64,000 nt of DNA from a virus. Below, piece by piece: positions 28,552 through 37,671 of the stretch; position 1 is the first letter of the stretch; every line of letters starts with the position of its first letter. Location of the stretch: positions 106,519 to 170,518 of IMG/VR virus record IMGVR_UViG_3300042695_002264; one strand, 5' to 3'. The notes under the pieces were generated by a model, which saw only the letters and a program-made list of their open reading frames with translations, did no database searches and was not told the origin of the DNA. The position numbers and the translations under genes were made by a program.

Positions 28552-28584
28552 CTTTATAAACCTTTTTCCTTAATAGGTATTACA
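28552..28584 (-). promoter_or_regulatory. TGTAAT late-promoter motif plus conserved AAGGAAAAAGG leader
   Basis: TGTAAT-acctatt-AAGGAAAAAGG-TTTATAAAG-GTG. Confidence 0.65.
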
Positions 28585-28596
28585 CTTAAAAAACAA

Positions 28597-28622
28597 AAAG
28601 GGCAGGATTTCTCCTGCCCTTT
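28597..28622 (-). terminator. Rho-independent terminator after tail tube gene
   Basis: AAAGGGCAGGA-GAAA-TCCTGCCCTTT perfect 11-bp stem followed by a T-rich tail. Confidence 0.9.
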
Positions 28623-28641
28623 ATTTGTTAAGTTTTATTGA

Positions 28642-29754
28642 TTAGCTTAATGCTGCCACTGGATAACTTCCAGATAAGAAAATACCGCGAACAGTATCTT
28701 CTGGTCCGCCAATTGGAACTTCGAAATCGGCACTTAATGTTGCATTTCCACCAATTGTTGTAGCAAGGGCTTGGCTTACCAATTTGGCGCCCTTTAGCGT
28801 AGCGCTCATAGCTACATCTCCTTGCCCAGAACAGTTGATTTTTTTCAATTTCAATGTTAAATCGTATGTTCCAGTTTGGCACAATAAATCAGAAACGCTA
28901 CCATTAGTTAAATCTCCAATTTCTGTTTCAACAGAAAGAGTTGCTGTAACAGGGAAATCAATTTCTCTTGCAAAAGAGAATCTACTGCCCAATTTATTGA
29001 TTGGCGTACGTGTTAAGTCAAAGCTCATAGAAGCGCTTTGAATTTTTAAGTCGCTTGCGGCAAAACCAACAACGCCAGTTAAATCAAGAGTTGCATCGCC
29101 TGGAAGTAGTGCCGTTGGTTGTGCTCCGTATGCATTTGTTTTATGTTGTGGCAAAACAAAGTACTGACCCGCAATAGACAATCCATTTTCAGGATTTACT
29201 GCAGGAACATCATTTGTTCCAGTAACATTTCCATAAATTTTTGTATTTAATGCCTCTAAGGCAACTGTTGCTGTAGGTATATCTCCAACGGCAACATCAA
29301 GCGTATAAGAAGTGATGAATGTATTTCCAATACCAACAACGCCGCTAACACTTCCAGCAAAACTAGAAGCATCACTTCCTTCAGATGTTACTAAAAGATA
29401 TAAATTTTTTTCATCTGTATTCTTTTGAAGAATATCTTTAATGCAAGATACTCCAGCTTGGTTACCAGTTGTTACCGTTAGCCCCAAAAATTTTTCATTA
29501 AGGCCATCTGTAACATAATAAGAAACGTTAGAAGTAACGGTTGGTGCTTCTGCATCAAGACGATCAATGAACGCCAAGTTACCAAATTGGTTGATGTCTG
29601 TTAAATTGCGTGTAAAATCTGAGTCAAAAGACTGTACACGGGTTAACTGTTTGATGTCGCTAGCGCCAGTTTGCATGATTCTAGCACCATTTGAGCCAGT
29701 TGTTTGGCTGGCAAAAACTCCTAGTGATTGATAAATAATTCGATTTCTGCTCAT
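28642..29754 (-). CDS. Major tail (tube) protein
   Basis: 370 aa, beta-rich, two tube-like halves (RVQS..INQFG / IQSA..INKLG..FPV); followed by a strong terminator; position before chaperones and tape measure. Confidence 0.7.
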   Translation of the reverse strand: MSRNRIIYQSLGVFASQTTGSNGARIMQTGASDIKQLTRVQSFDSDFTRNLTDINQFGNLAFIDRLDAEAPTVTSNVSYYVTDGLNEKFLGLTVTTGNQAGVSCIKDILQKNTDEKNLYLLVTSEGSDASSFAGSVSGVVGIGNTFITSYTLDVAVGDIPTATVALEALNTKIYGNVTGTNDVPAVNPENGLSIAGQYFVLPQHKTNAYGAQPTALLPGDATLDLTGVVGFAASDLKIQSASMSFDLTRTPINKLGSRFSFAREIDFPVTATLSVETEIGDLTNGSVSDLLCQTGTYDLTLKLKKINCSGQGDVAMSATLKGAKLVSQALATTIGGNATLSADFEVPIGGPEDTVRGIFLSGSYPVAALS

Positions 29755-29831
29755 ATTTTTATATTAATTTAAATTAAAGTATTACTCTTATATAATTACA
29801 TTTAAAAAGCATGAAAGGCACATTTTTTTTG

Positions 29832-30707
29832 TTATAATCTTGGCTGCCTCACATACTTCACTGTAAAATCAGCAAATCCACCATAGGCGTTATTTCCTAA
29901 AAGTTTATTAACAGAAGGTGCAAATCTGGATATTTTAACAGATTCAACTAGCGCCATTAGAGAGCCAGTCTGGCAATATTGTGAGTATAAATTATTAAAA
30001 TTATAATTTAATCCATTTTTATAATCACCATAAATATTAAAAGGCATATCTTTAGGATGTAGTACTGGAAAATATTTTCTTGCCATATCTGTGGCTATAG
30101 AAACGCCAGCATCTAGCAAATATGGCGAATCAGCCAAAAATATACATCTAATATCCAAAACAGTTTCATCTAATCCGCCAAATGCGAATGGTAAATTTTC
30201 TGTATATTGACTTTTTACAAAAATAGCTGGATATGTAACTTGGTCATGTTGAAGTGGCGTATTCGCAATATTTCCATAATTGTCCGTTGGCCTTACTGGA
30301 TATTTTGCCTCAAATATAAGCTCTTCGTCTTGAGATTCGTTATAATAAACATTATATTCTTTATAAGCATATGATAGTTTTAAGTTATTAAGATTTGAGG
30401 GGGCAGATCCATTAAATATTGTCCTGCCCATATCATAATCAATATAAAGCCCACTCGAACCTTTATTTATAATAACATTGCCAGCACTTACTCCAGATGG
30501 AATATTTGCCCCTATAACTGAGCTATCTGCAACAAATTGTCTATATGGACTAGAATAAATTTTTTTATCTGGAAAATTTGGATCTTCAGTTTGATACAAT
30601 TGCCCGCTATTAACATTTACAAACCCATTACCTTTATAAAGCATTTCATGATCTATAAAGAGCGTGAAGCTTGGTGCTATTCGATTTAAAAACTGTGGAG
30701 ACATCAT
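29832..30707 (-). CDS. Putative tail terminator/neck protein
   Basis: Synteny; YPAIFV..PFAFGG. Confidence 0.5.
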   Translation of the reverse strand: MMSPQFLNRIAPSFTLFIDHEMLYKGNGFVNVNSGQLYQTEDPNFPDKKIYSSPYRQFVADSSVIGANIPSGVSAGNVIINKGSSGLYIDYDMGRTIFNGSAPSNLNNLKLSYAYKEYNVYYNESQDEELIFEAKYPVRPTDNYGNIANTPLQHDQVTYPAIFVKSQYTENLPFAFGGLDETVLDIRCIFLADSPYLLDAGVSIATDMARKYFPVLHPKDMPFNIYGDYKNGLNYNFNNLYSQYCQTGSLMALVESVKISRFAPSVNKLLGNNAYGGFADFTVKYVRQPRL

Positions 30708-30711
30708 GCGA

Positions 30712-31302
30712 TTATAATTCCTTTAAATTTTTAATAAATTTTGTCCAAATTGGAGACCAGTATTTTGTTGTTCTATATATTGATCCTCTTACAGGACTTT
30801 TTGCTTGTATACCGCCGCCAGAACGTCCAAGCTTTTTAGATATAAAGTTTGAAAATCCAGAAATTCCGCGCTCAATAGATATTATCCATGACTTTCCAGA
30901 CTCCCATGGCATTCCAGCATTAGAGACATATTCATTATTTTTAATTTGATCTACTTGAAACTCAAGCACAAAACCATTATTGCCATTTTGACGCTCGCCA
31001 CTTTTGCGTAAAATTCTTATCTTTTGCTCTATAAAATTTACCCACTGATCTACCGGATTATCACCATTATCAAAACCTATAAAAGAAAATAGATTTCCAT
31101 ATCCACCCAAAGTACCAGACGAATTTGAAGACGATGAACCTCCTGCAATTTCTGCAGAAACTGGATGCGCTTTAAAATCATTTATAAGTTCAATTTTTGC
31201 GTTCGCTAGTTTTGTTTCCGCAACTGCACGCATTTGTTTTTGAACATTTGACGTTTTTAAAACTGCTAAATTTAAAAGTTTTGGATCGACAAGTTTTGGC
31301 AT
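30712..31302 (-). CDS. Putative neck/tail completion protein
   Basis: Synteny; SW..SIERG motif, basic protein. Confidence 0.45.
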   Translation of the reverse strand: MPKLVDPKLLNLAVLKTSNVQKQMRAVAETKLANAKIELINDFKAHPVSAEIAGGSSSSNSSGTLGGYGNLFSFIGFDNGDNPVDQWVNFIEQKIRILRKSGERQNGNNGFVLEFQVDQIKNNEYVSNAGMPWESGKSWIISIERGISGFSNFISKKLGRSGGGIQAKSPVRGSIYRTTKYWSPIWTKFIKNLKEL

Positions 31303-31745
31303 TATTGCATATCCCTTCTTTTTGCGTATATTGTATAAAAATTAATATCAAATAAACCATGTGGCTTTGGAACTCCAACTATTTCACATGGCAAATCATC
31401 AACATAAAAAGATTGATATCCACTTAAAAAATCATATGCATCTTTTTTCATTTTTAGCCTACATAATTGCCCAGGTAGTGGATTTTCAATTGGTAAATTT
31501 TCTTCTTTACGAGGGTCTAGCCACTGTATTCTCATTAAAAATGTTCCTGATACTGGTGTCGTATCATACTGCAAATTGGCACCCTGCTTATAGCCCCTAT
31601 ACGCTGAAATATAATCATCATTACTTATAATATCAATACGCTCTGGCATTTTATATATAATAACATTTCTTCCAAATGTATCATGCAAATTATTAAATTG
31701 CGAAGACATTTCTGCTTTTTCTGCAGCTGATAAAAAAGATGGCAT
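31302..31745 (-). CDS. Putative head-tail joining (stopper) protein
   Basis: Synteny and size; HDTFGRNVIIYK. Confidence 0.5.
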   Translation of the reverse strand: MPSFLSAAEKAEMSSQFNNLHDTFGRNVIIYKMPERIDIISNDDYISAYRGYKQGANLQYDTTPVSGTFLMRIQWLDPRKEENLPIENPLPGQLCRLKMKKDAYDFLSGYQSFYVDDLPCEIVGVPKPHGLFDINFYTIYAKRRDMQ

Positions 31746-31748
31746 AAA

Positions 31749-32297
31749 TTATAAACCAGGTTCGCTTCTTGGATAATACACGCTACGATTTGCTTCCGCC
31801 CAATAACCGCCATCGACAACATCAGTTCCATCAACCGATTGTGGTTTGGATTTTGATTTCAAGTATTGTTTTACCAAGTTATTGGCATTATCTTGAGCAT
31901 CCTTACGAAAACCTTGGTAAGTTCTGGCAAGCTCTGATCTATTAACTCTTGTTATTGTGGAATCGCCCTCTTTTAATGTAGTCCATGCGCCAATATTATA
32001 TGCACCAGAAAGGGCCATTTTAGCCTCTCTACCATAAAAAAATGTATCAAAATTAGCCTTATAAATTGATTGCTCTTGATTTCCCAATTGAGGCTCTATG
32101 CCAATACCAGTAACCTTTCCGGCATTAGAAAAATAAGGCGTTACTTGATAACATCCATCAATTTGATTATTCAAATAGCCAAGATTTGCAGGGTCTAAAA
32201 ACCAACCAACCAAATATGTGCTAGAATAATCGTCTCTGTCGCCCAAATCAGAAGAGACATTATTTACAAAATCATTTAACCATTTAGGGTATTGCAT
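31749..32297 (-). CDS. Putative head-tail adaptor
   Basis: Synteny; EGDSTITR..Y pattern; start placed at MQYPKW, 7 nt after TGTAAT. Confidence 0.5.
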   Translation of the reverse strand: MQYPKWLNDFVNNVSSDLGDRDDYSSTYLVGWFLDPANLGYLNNQIDGCYQVTPYFSNAGKVTGIGIEPQLGNQEQSIYKANFDTFFYGREAKMALSGAYNIGAWTTLKEGDSTITRVNRSELARTYQGFRKDAQDNANNLVKQYLKSKSKPQSVDGTDVVDGGYWAEANRSVYYPRSEPGL

Positions 32298-32339
32298 GTT
32301 ATTAATTACACGCAATCAGTGCTTAATTAATCTACAAAA

Positions 32340-32705
32340 TTAAGCGCCCTCTCTGAGTATTTTATGAACGTTTTTTGGTACCGATGATGGTACAGAGGCT
32401 GTATTTACCTGTCCGGATTTGAACGATGCCACATGTCTCAAAAATTCATTTACCAATCTTTCTTTTAAGATATGTGATTCAACGTCTGGTCTAAGCCCAA
32501 CATCTCTAGCATGATTTTGAAGATCAACTGGCAACATGTCATTTAATTTTGCAGTATATACCTCTAAATCCATAGTTCCATATTTTGACAAACCATCAGA
32601 TCCCCAAATTTGCTCTAGAGCAGTTGGCTTATTAGCAGCAATTTTTCCATCAATTTCAATATTTTGATTTAATGCTTCTTTAGATGTGTGTTTCTTTCTT
32701 GGCAT
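32340..32705 (-). CDS. Hypothetical protein
   Basis: Has its own promoter-like TAGAAT-N17-TATAAT (32725-32753) downstream of the capsid terminator. Confidence 0.55.
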   Translation of the reverse strand: MPRKKHTSKEALNQNIEIDGKIAANKPTALEQIWGSDGLSKYGTMDLEVYTAKLNDMLPVDLQNHARDVGLRPDVESHILKERLVNEFLRHVASFKSGQVNTASVPSSVPKNVHKILREGA

Positions 32706-32780
32706 AATATTATTTATTTAATTTATTATAATAATAGCCTAGGCACAATTCTAAATTAATATTTAATATAAAAAAAGAAA

Positions 32781-32802
32781 AAGCCCTGATTTCTCAGGGC
32801 TT
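32781..32802 (-). terminator. Rho-independent terminator after major capsid gene
   Basis: AAGCCCTGA-GAAA-TCAGGGCTT stem followed by a T-run. Confidence 0.88.
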
Positions 32803-32830
32803 AATCTTTGATTAACTTCTTGAACTTTGA

Positions 32831-33946
32831 TTAGACAATCAAGCCAACTACTGCGCGGCTGTCGAGACATACGCGACCTTCGCGTAGTTTCATGTACCAG
32901 CCCATCTTGTTTGCGCGAGCTTGGAACTGATCATCAACAAGCGTTTGAACTTGACCACCGTTGTCGTCGTATGTTTCAACTGGACGTAGGAAAGCTCCAC
33001 GAGCCATGTCGAAACCGACTAGGAGTTCGTCTGTTGCGTTTGCGAATTGTGCTCCACTTGTTCCGTCAGCTTTTGTGAATGATTTGCTTCCAGCGAAGAA
33101 GTCGAAGAGTTCATTGTATCTCTTACCTTCACCAAGTTCTAGCAATTCGTGAATTGTTACTCCGAAGATTTCAGATGTTCCAGCACTACGATAGATTTGG
33201 CTACGAACTTCATCAGGAAGAGCAACGTTACCAGCAGTTGTTCCAGCACCGCTACGGGTGTTAACTGGATTGTAAGCAAAGGCGCGAATTTGTCCTTTGA
33301 TTTCTGGGCTTACATATAGATCTGTAAGTCCAGCTGCTGATGCTGTTGATGTACCACCAAGATAGTCAGCATTGAAGCGGCTAATTAGTGTCCAGAGAGC
33401 GCTAAGATCATCAGGAATGAATGTTCCAGCTGTTGATGCGCGGAAAGCATGATTTCTTCCACTTGTTGATGCGTCTGCAAGAACTTTCATGATAACAGCC
33501 CATGCGTTGCGCTCTTGTTTTACTAAGAGTTGGTTAGCTGCGAATTCGATGTAGCGAGCTACAACGTTTAGGCGTGCTCTGCGAGCATAACGCTTGTCAA
33601 AGCTGATTGCGCTGTCGAGATCATATGTACGAAGTTTGATTTCGCTTGCTCCAGCAACTTCATTGGTTGGAAGACCGCCACCAACAGTTTGTGACCAGAT
33701 GGAAATGTCGCCATATCCTTGACCAAAAAGCGTGTCGATTGGGAATGAAGGAGAATCATCTTCGTTGTATGCTTCATCACGATAAATTTGAGCAGCTGAT
33801 CCAGCATGCATCAAAACTTCTTCAACAACTGGGCTTAAGAAGGCTGCGAAAGCTTCTTGAGCTTCAGCGGCTTCGACTTTATTGTTGGATGCCATAGCCT
33901 TGATTAGGGCTACTTGCTCTGGTGTATTTTTGAATTCGATTTTCAT
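32831..33946 (-). CDS. Major capsid protein (HK97 fold)
   Basis: 371 aa, downstream of protease/scaffold and decoration genes; LTDLYVSPE..IFGVTI; visibly distinct codon usage typical of high expression; strong terminator. Confidence 0.85.
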   Translation of the reverse strand: MKIEFKNTPEQVALIKAMASNNKVEAAEAQEAFAAFLSPVVEEVLMHAGSAAQIYRDEAYNEDDSPSFPIDTLFGQGYGDISIWSQTVGGGLPTNEVAGASEIKLRTYDLDSAISFDKRYARRARLNVVARYIEFAANQLLVKQERNAWAVIMKVLADASTSGRNHAFRASTAGTFIPDDLSALWTLISRFNADYLGGTSTASAAGLTDLYVSPEIKGQIRAFAYNPVNTRSGAGTTAGNVALPDEVRSQIYRSAGTSEIFGVTIHELLELGEGKRYNELFDFFAGSKSFTKADGTSGAQFANATDELLVGFDMARGAFLRPVETYDDNGGQVQTLVDDQFQARANKMGWYMKLREGRVCLDSRAVVGLIV

Positions 33947-33974
33947 ATTTTTAATTATTTATTCTCCTTTTAAA

Positions 33975-34514
33975 TTAGTTAAGATTGAACTCTAGAGGAG
34001 CATATCCTTGGTCATTTACTGGTCCTAGGAAGCGTCCGATTGCGTTTGCGGCCGTTGCTGCAACAACCTTAAGTGATCCGTCGCCAGCATCAGCGATTGC
34101 TGCGCCAGAGCCAAATGCTGGTGTTCCAACAATACCACTATAAAGAACAAAGCCCTTTGTTGCAACTGGAGCGGCTTGTCCGCTTACTGTTACATCCATT
34201 TCGGCTGCCTTACGTGGATCATAAATTAATGGGTACCCATTTTCGTCAACTGTGCGAACATCTTTGAGAAGCATTCCGAGAACGCTTGCTTTTGCTGTGC
34301 CAGATGGGGCTGCGGTTACGAGCCAAGGAACATTGAATGTTGCTGAAAGTGTACCATCAACAGATGATAGATTTTCAAGCGTTAGCTCGTCTTTTAGGTT
34401 TAGACCAGAACCAACAGCGGTAACAAATGTACCTTTGTTGGCTGTTGCTCCGTTATATGAGAAGAACGGAACAATGTCGTATTGATTGATTGCACGTAGA
34501 GGTTTGATATTCAT
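33975..34514 (-). CDS. Capsid decoration/cement protein
   Basis: Ala/Gly-rich, between scaffold and capsid; GMLL..V..GQAAPVATKG..AIGRFL. Confidence 0.65.
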   Translation of the reverse strand: MNIKPLRAINQYDIVPFFSYNGATANKGTFVTAVGSGLNLKDELTLENLSSVDGTLSATFNVPWLVTAAPSGTAKASVLGMLLKDVRTVDENGYPLIYDPRKAAEMDVTVSGQAAPVATKGFVLYSGIVGTPAFGSGAAIADAGDGSLKVVAATAANAIGRFLGPVNDQGYAPLEFNLN

Positions 34515-34571
34515 AGTGTTTTATTTTTTCTTAGTATATATTACAGTTAAATTTTATTTTTTTCCTAAATT

Positions 34572-35273
34572 TTATCTATTTAATTTAATTTTGATGTTAT
34601 CTCCGCTAAATGCAGCAGCCATACGATCTTTTAAAGACTCTACTGCACCCGCAGCATTGGCTACATCATTTTTTACAGAAGCTTCGGAAACAGCCTCGGC
34701 AACAACTTCTTCTGCCTTAGCTTCTTCTTTTACTTCTTCGGTTACAACAGTTGTTTCTTCAGCGACAGTTTCTTCGCTTGCTTTGGCCATTTTCATTTTT
34801 TCTTCTTCGTTTTTCATCATCTTTTCGGCCATTTGTTTTTTATAAGCTTTGCTCTTAGCAGAAGCTAATGTGGAAAATTTCTTGAACCATTTTTGAAAAT
34901 CTTCTTCGCTAGCAATAGCTTTTAGATCTTCAGCAATAATTTCACGATCTTCATCTGCAAGATCATATTCTGAATCGATTGTTGCCATGCGAGCTTGAAA
35001 TACTTCTTCAGCTTCTTTAGCGGCGATTTGATTTTTAAGTTCATTTAGAGCTGTTTCTGAATCTTCTTTTGATTTCTTAAGCTCATCTAGTTGTGCTTGC
35101 AATTGGGCAATTTGTTCGCCAAGATTTGTTGCAAGAACTTGCTTTTCATCGGCTTCTTTTTTCCATACTTCAGAATTTTCTGCAATTTTTTCAGCGATAA
35201 AGTCAGTTATTGCTGAAGCTGAAAGTTCTTTCATAGAATCTTCATTAATGTCTTTGATGTCTGTTATTTTCAT
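34572..35273 (-). CDS. Nested in-frame scaffolding protein (233 aa)
   Basis: Internal TGTAAT (35302-35307) and AT-rich leader before an in-frame ATG (MKITDIK). Confidence 0.5.
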   Translation of the reverse strand: MKITDIKDINEDSMKELSASAITDFIAEKIAENSEVWKKEADEKQVLATNLGEQIAQLQAQLDELKKSKEDSETALNELKNQIAAKEAEEVFQARMATIDSEYDLADEDREIIAEDLKAIASEEDFQKWFKKFSTLASAKSKAYKKQMAEKMMKNEEEKMKMAKASEETVAEETTVVTEEVKEEAKAEEVVAEAVSEASVKNDVANAAGAVESLKDRMAAAFSGDNIKIKLNR

Positions 35274-36164
35274 AATTAAATTAATTGATGCTTCCTGAGT
35301 TATTACATTTTCTAATTGAATTTTATCACATTTTTTTTCATCCTCTTCAGATCCAACCTTTACAAGTTTTAAATCTACAGAGTCTTCTCCAGAATTGTCT
35401 GTTGTAATAATGCCTTTAACTTCTGCTGCTGGAGTTTCAGTCAATCCAATGCCAAGGCTTAAAATAGTATCGCCTTGCAAGTTTAAATATACTGGATTGC
35501 CTTCTTCGTCAGCACCATTACCGCCAAATGTTTTCAATCTGGCTTTTAATTCATTAACGGCTTCGCCATCTACAATTTCACACTCTTTAAGATATTTAGA
35601 TCCTTTAGCAATATTAAATTCTTTAAATGCAACTTCCCACGAGGCAGAAATTGAACCAAATTTATCTGAAGTAGCATCTCCAGATTCTGATACAACATCG
35701 GCAAAGTCAGGATTGACTGCCCTCCAAACAATCCCAGACAAAACAACATTAAATACCTTACCTTCTGAAGCAAGTTCGCGCGCAGTTGCTTCAGCTATTG
35801 GCTGATCATCAGGAAAAGAAGAAAATCCATAATCAGTAATACATCCAACTACATTTTTTCTTTCATGCTCGATATTTATATACTTTCCTTTGAAACTTTT
35901 AGCAATTGCAATGCCTTTCTCGCCAGAAATCATATGTCCATTTTTATTGCCAAGATTTGGGGTATAGGCATTAAAAGCTACCCCAAGAATATCGTAACTA
36001 GATTCAAAATCAAAATCTTTTGGAAGAAGATTTTTTAACTTATCCGCACTTGCTTTGGCAATATATTGTAAATCTTCCTTATCCATAGATACTGCTTTGA
36101 TTTGAATGCTATCAAAGCGAATATGGAATGGATACTCTTCTAATTTTTTACTTTTTTTTGCCAT
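34572..36164 (-). CDS. Prohead protease-scaffold fusion
   Basis: NKNGH, INIEH..VVG, SASWE (protease His/Ser) followed by an acidic coiled-coil; start placed at MAKKSKK. Confidence 0.75.
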   Translation of the reverse strand: MAKKSKKLEEYPFHIRFDSIQIKAVSMDKEDLQYIAKASADKLKNLLPKDFDFESSYDILGVAFNAYTPNLGNKNGHMISGEKGIAIAKSFKGKYINIEHERKNVVGCITDYGFSSFPDDQPIAEATARELASEGKVFNVVLSGIVWRAVNPDFADVVSESGDATSDKFGSISASWEVAFKEFNIAKGSKYLKECEIVDGEAVNELKARLKTFGGNGADEEGNPVYLNLQGDTILSLGIGLTETPAAEVKGIITTDNSGEDSVDLKLVKVGSEEDEKKCDKIQLENVITQEASINLIMKITDIKDINEDSMKELSASAITDFIAEKIAENSEVWKKEADEKQVLATNLGEQIAQLQAQLDELKKSKEDSETALNELKNQIAAKEAEEVFQARMATIDSEYDLADEDREIIAEDLKAIASEEDFQKWFKKFSTLASAKSKAYKKQMAEKMMKNEEEKMKMAKASEETVAEETTVVTEEVKEEAKAEEVVAEAVSEASVKNDVANAAGAVESLKDRMAAAFSGDNIKIKLNR

Positions 36165-36165
36165 A

Positions 36166-36468
36166 TTAATTTTGTTGTGTAATTGCACACCAGTATCGAC
36201 TGCTTCCGCTAGATATTGCACGGACCTCTCCCATTGGAGACGTAGAAAAAACTGGAGCGGCATAGCCAGATCCACTCAATACAATATCGTAAAATGGAAC
36301 GCCTTGATCGATAAAAAATGGGCTCCTATATTGTAATCTGATAGTTCCAGAAGCATTTCCAAAAGCGCTAAATAAGTTTTCACGACTCCGACCAATTTCT
36401 GCCCATTGACCAGTAAATGGAGCCTGCTGTCCTGTTAAAAGATGTATTGTGTTTAAGAAATCGCTCAT
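36166..36468 (-). CDS. Small virion protein
   Basis: Own TGTAAT at 36483-36488; TAAT-ATG coupling to the protease gene. Confidence 0.55.
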   Translation of the reverse strand: MSDFLNTIHLLTGQQAPFTGQWAEIGRSRENLFSAFGNASGTIRLQYRSPFFIDQGVPFYDIVLSGSGYAAPVFSTSPMGEVRAISSGSSRYWCAITQQN

Positions 36469-36539
36469 AATATTATTTATTTATTACACATTTTAAAAAG
36501 AAATTCCAAATTTGGACTAAATAAAAATTTTTATAATTA

Positions 36540-37193
36540 TTACCATGTAATCCAATGCGACCAAATTCCACTTCTATTATTGTATGATGCGACTGCAGTT
36601 CCAGTTCCCCAAATTAAATCATTTAGACTACTACCACAATTAGTTCCATCAAATCCAGCACCAATAGACCCACTAGAATTCGACCAAGCGCATGCAAGCT
36701 GAGAGGTATTATAAATACCATGTCCACCAGGGCTACCAAGCATCACCCTTCTTGGGGAATATCCAGATGTAGCAGTGTCAATCGGGCCAGTAGGGTTATA
36801 AAGTATGGGGGTAGTCCAATACACAGCAGCTCTTATATCAAGAGCGTCTCTTTGAACTAAAAGCCCGCCCATTGGAATATTCAAACCAAGCATATTTGTT
36901 GTTGCGATAGATCTATATACAGATCTAAAAACACAAACCCAGCCTCTAGATTCATAATAATCTGGCTCAAATTCTAAAAGCACAGCAGAAGACATACTTC
37001 CAGATCTAAAAAAGTATCTACCACTTCTATATCTTAACTGCATAGCCTCAGATGGGCTAGAAAGAGGCTTGCCGGGCGTGATCCCCTTATTGAATTTATC
37101 CATTATTATAAATGGCTTCATAGAGCCACCTAATGCACCATTATGCAATCCATTATTTAACGAGCCGCTTAGCTTTGCCAATAGACTGCTCAT
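36540..37193 (-). CDS. Hypothetical virion/fibre-tip protein
   Basis: ORF in structural operon. Confidence 0.45.
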   Translation of the reverse strand: MSSLLAKLSGSLNNGLHNGALGGSMKPFIIMDKFNKGITPGKPLSSPSEAMQLRYRSGRYFFRSGSMSSAVLLEFEPDYYESRGWVCVFRSVYRSIATTNMLGLNIPMGGLLVQRDALDIRAAVYWTTPILYNPTGPIDTATSGYSPRRVMLGSPGGHGIYNTSQLACAWSNSSGSIGAGFDGTNCGSSLNDLIWGTGTAVASYNNRSGIWSHWITW

Positions 37194-37198
37194 ATAGT

Positions 37199-37654
37199 TT
37201 AATAATTTTCAGCAATAACAGTAACTGTAATCTGGCCATTAAGACCCAAATTATTCATATATCTTGCAACTAACTGGGCTCCTGATTCAACAGGATAATA
37301 TCTTTTGCCAGCACTGTCTATTGGATATGCCGGAGATCCACTAGCAGAAAGAACATCTATTGGCGGTGTTGCTCCAGAGCCTGCCATTGGCGGAATACTA
37401 AGGGTTGTAAATGGATGTATTGCTGTTGGCTCATTTCTATTTGCGCCAGAAATAGCAAACTGCATCGGTATTGTCAATGCAGCAGGAGCGACGGCACCAG
37501 TTACTGTAGCGATAACGTTTATTGATTTAACCAAACTGTCATCATTACCAGCTGTAAAAATAGTTTTATAAATTCCACTTTCTCCAAAAGCAGTAAATGT
37601 CTGTCCAGCGTTTATTATTTCTTTAGTTAAAAAAAGTGATGTTTGTTTTGCCAT
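37199..37654 (-). CDS. Fibre-associated virion protein
   Basis: TIFTAG..S.VKSIN...V.AENY beta-sandwich-like pattern. Confidence 0.5.
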   Translation of the reverse strand: MAKQTSLFLTKEIINAGQTFTAFGESGIYKTIFTAGNDDSLVKSINVIATVTGAVAPAALTIPMQFAISGANRNEPTAIHPFTTLSIPPMAGSGATPPIDVLSASGSPAYPIDSAGKRYYPVESGAQLVARYMNNLGLNGQITVTVIAENY

Positions 37655-37671
37655 ATTATATAATCCTTACA

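Noticed and set aside
32827-36336. Overlapping ORFs opposite the capsid, decoration and protease genes
   Set aside because: Shadow frames of strongly biased genes
36505-36516. 12-bp palindrome TCCAAATTTGGA upstream of a TGTAAT box
   Set aside because: Single short AT-rich occurrence, compatible with chance
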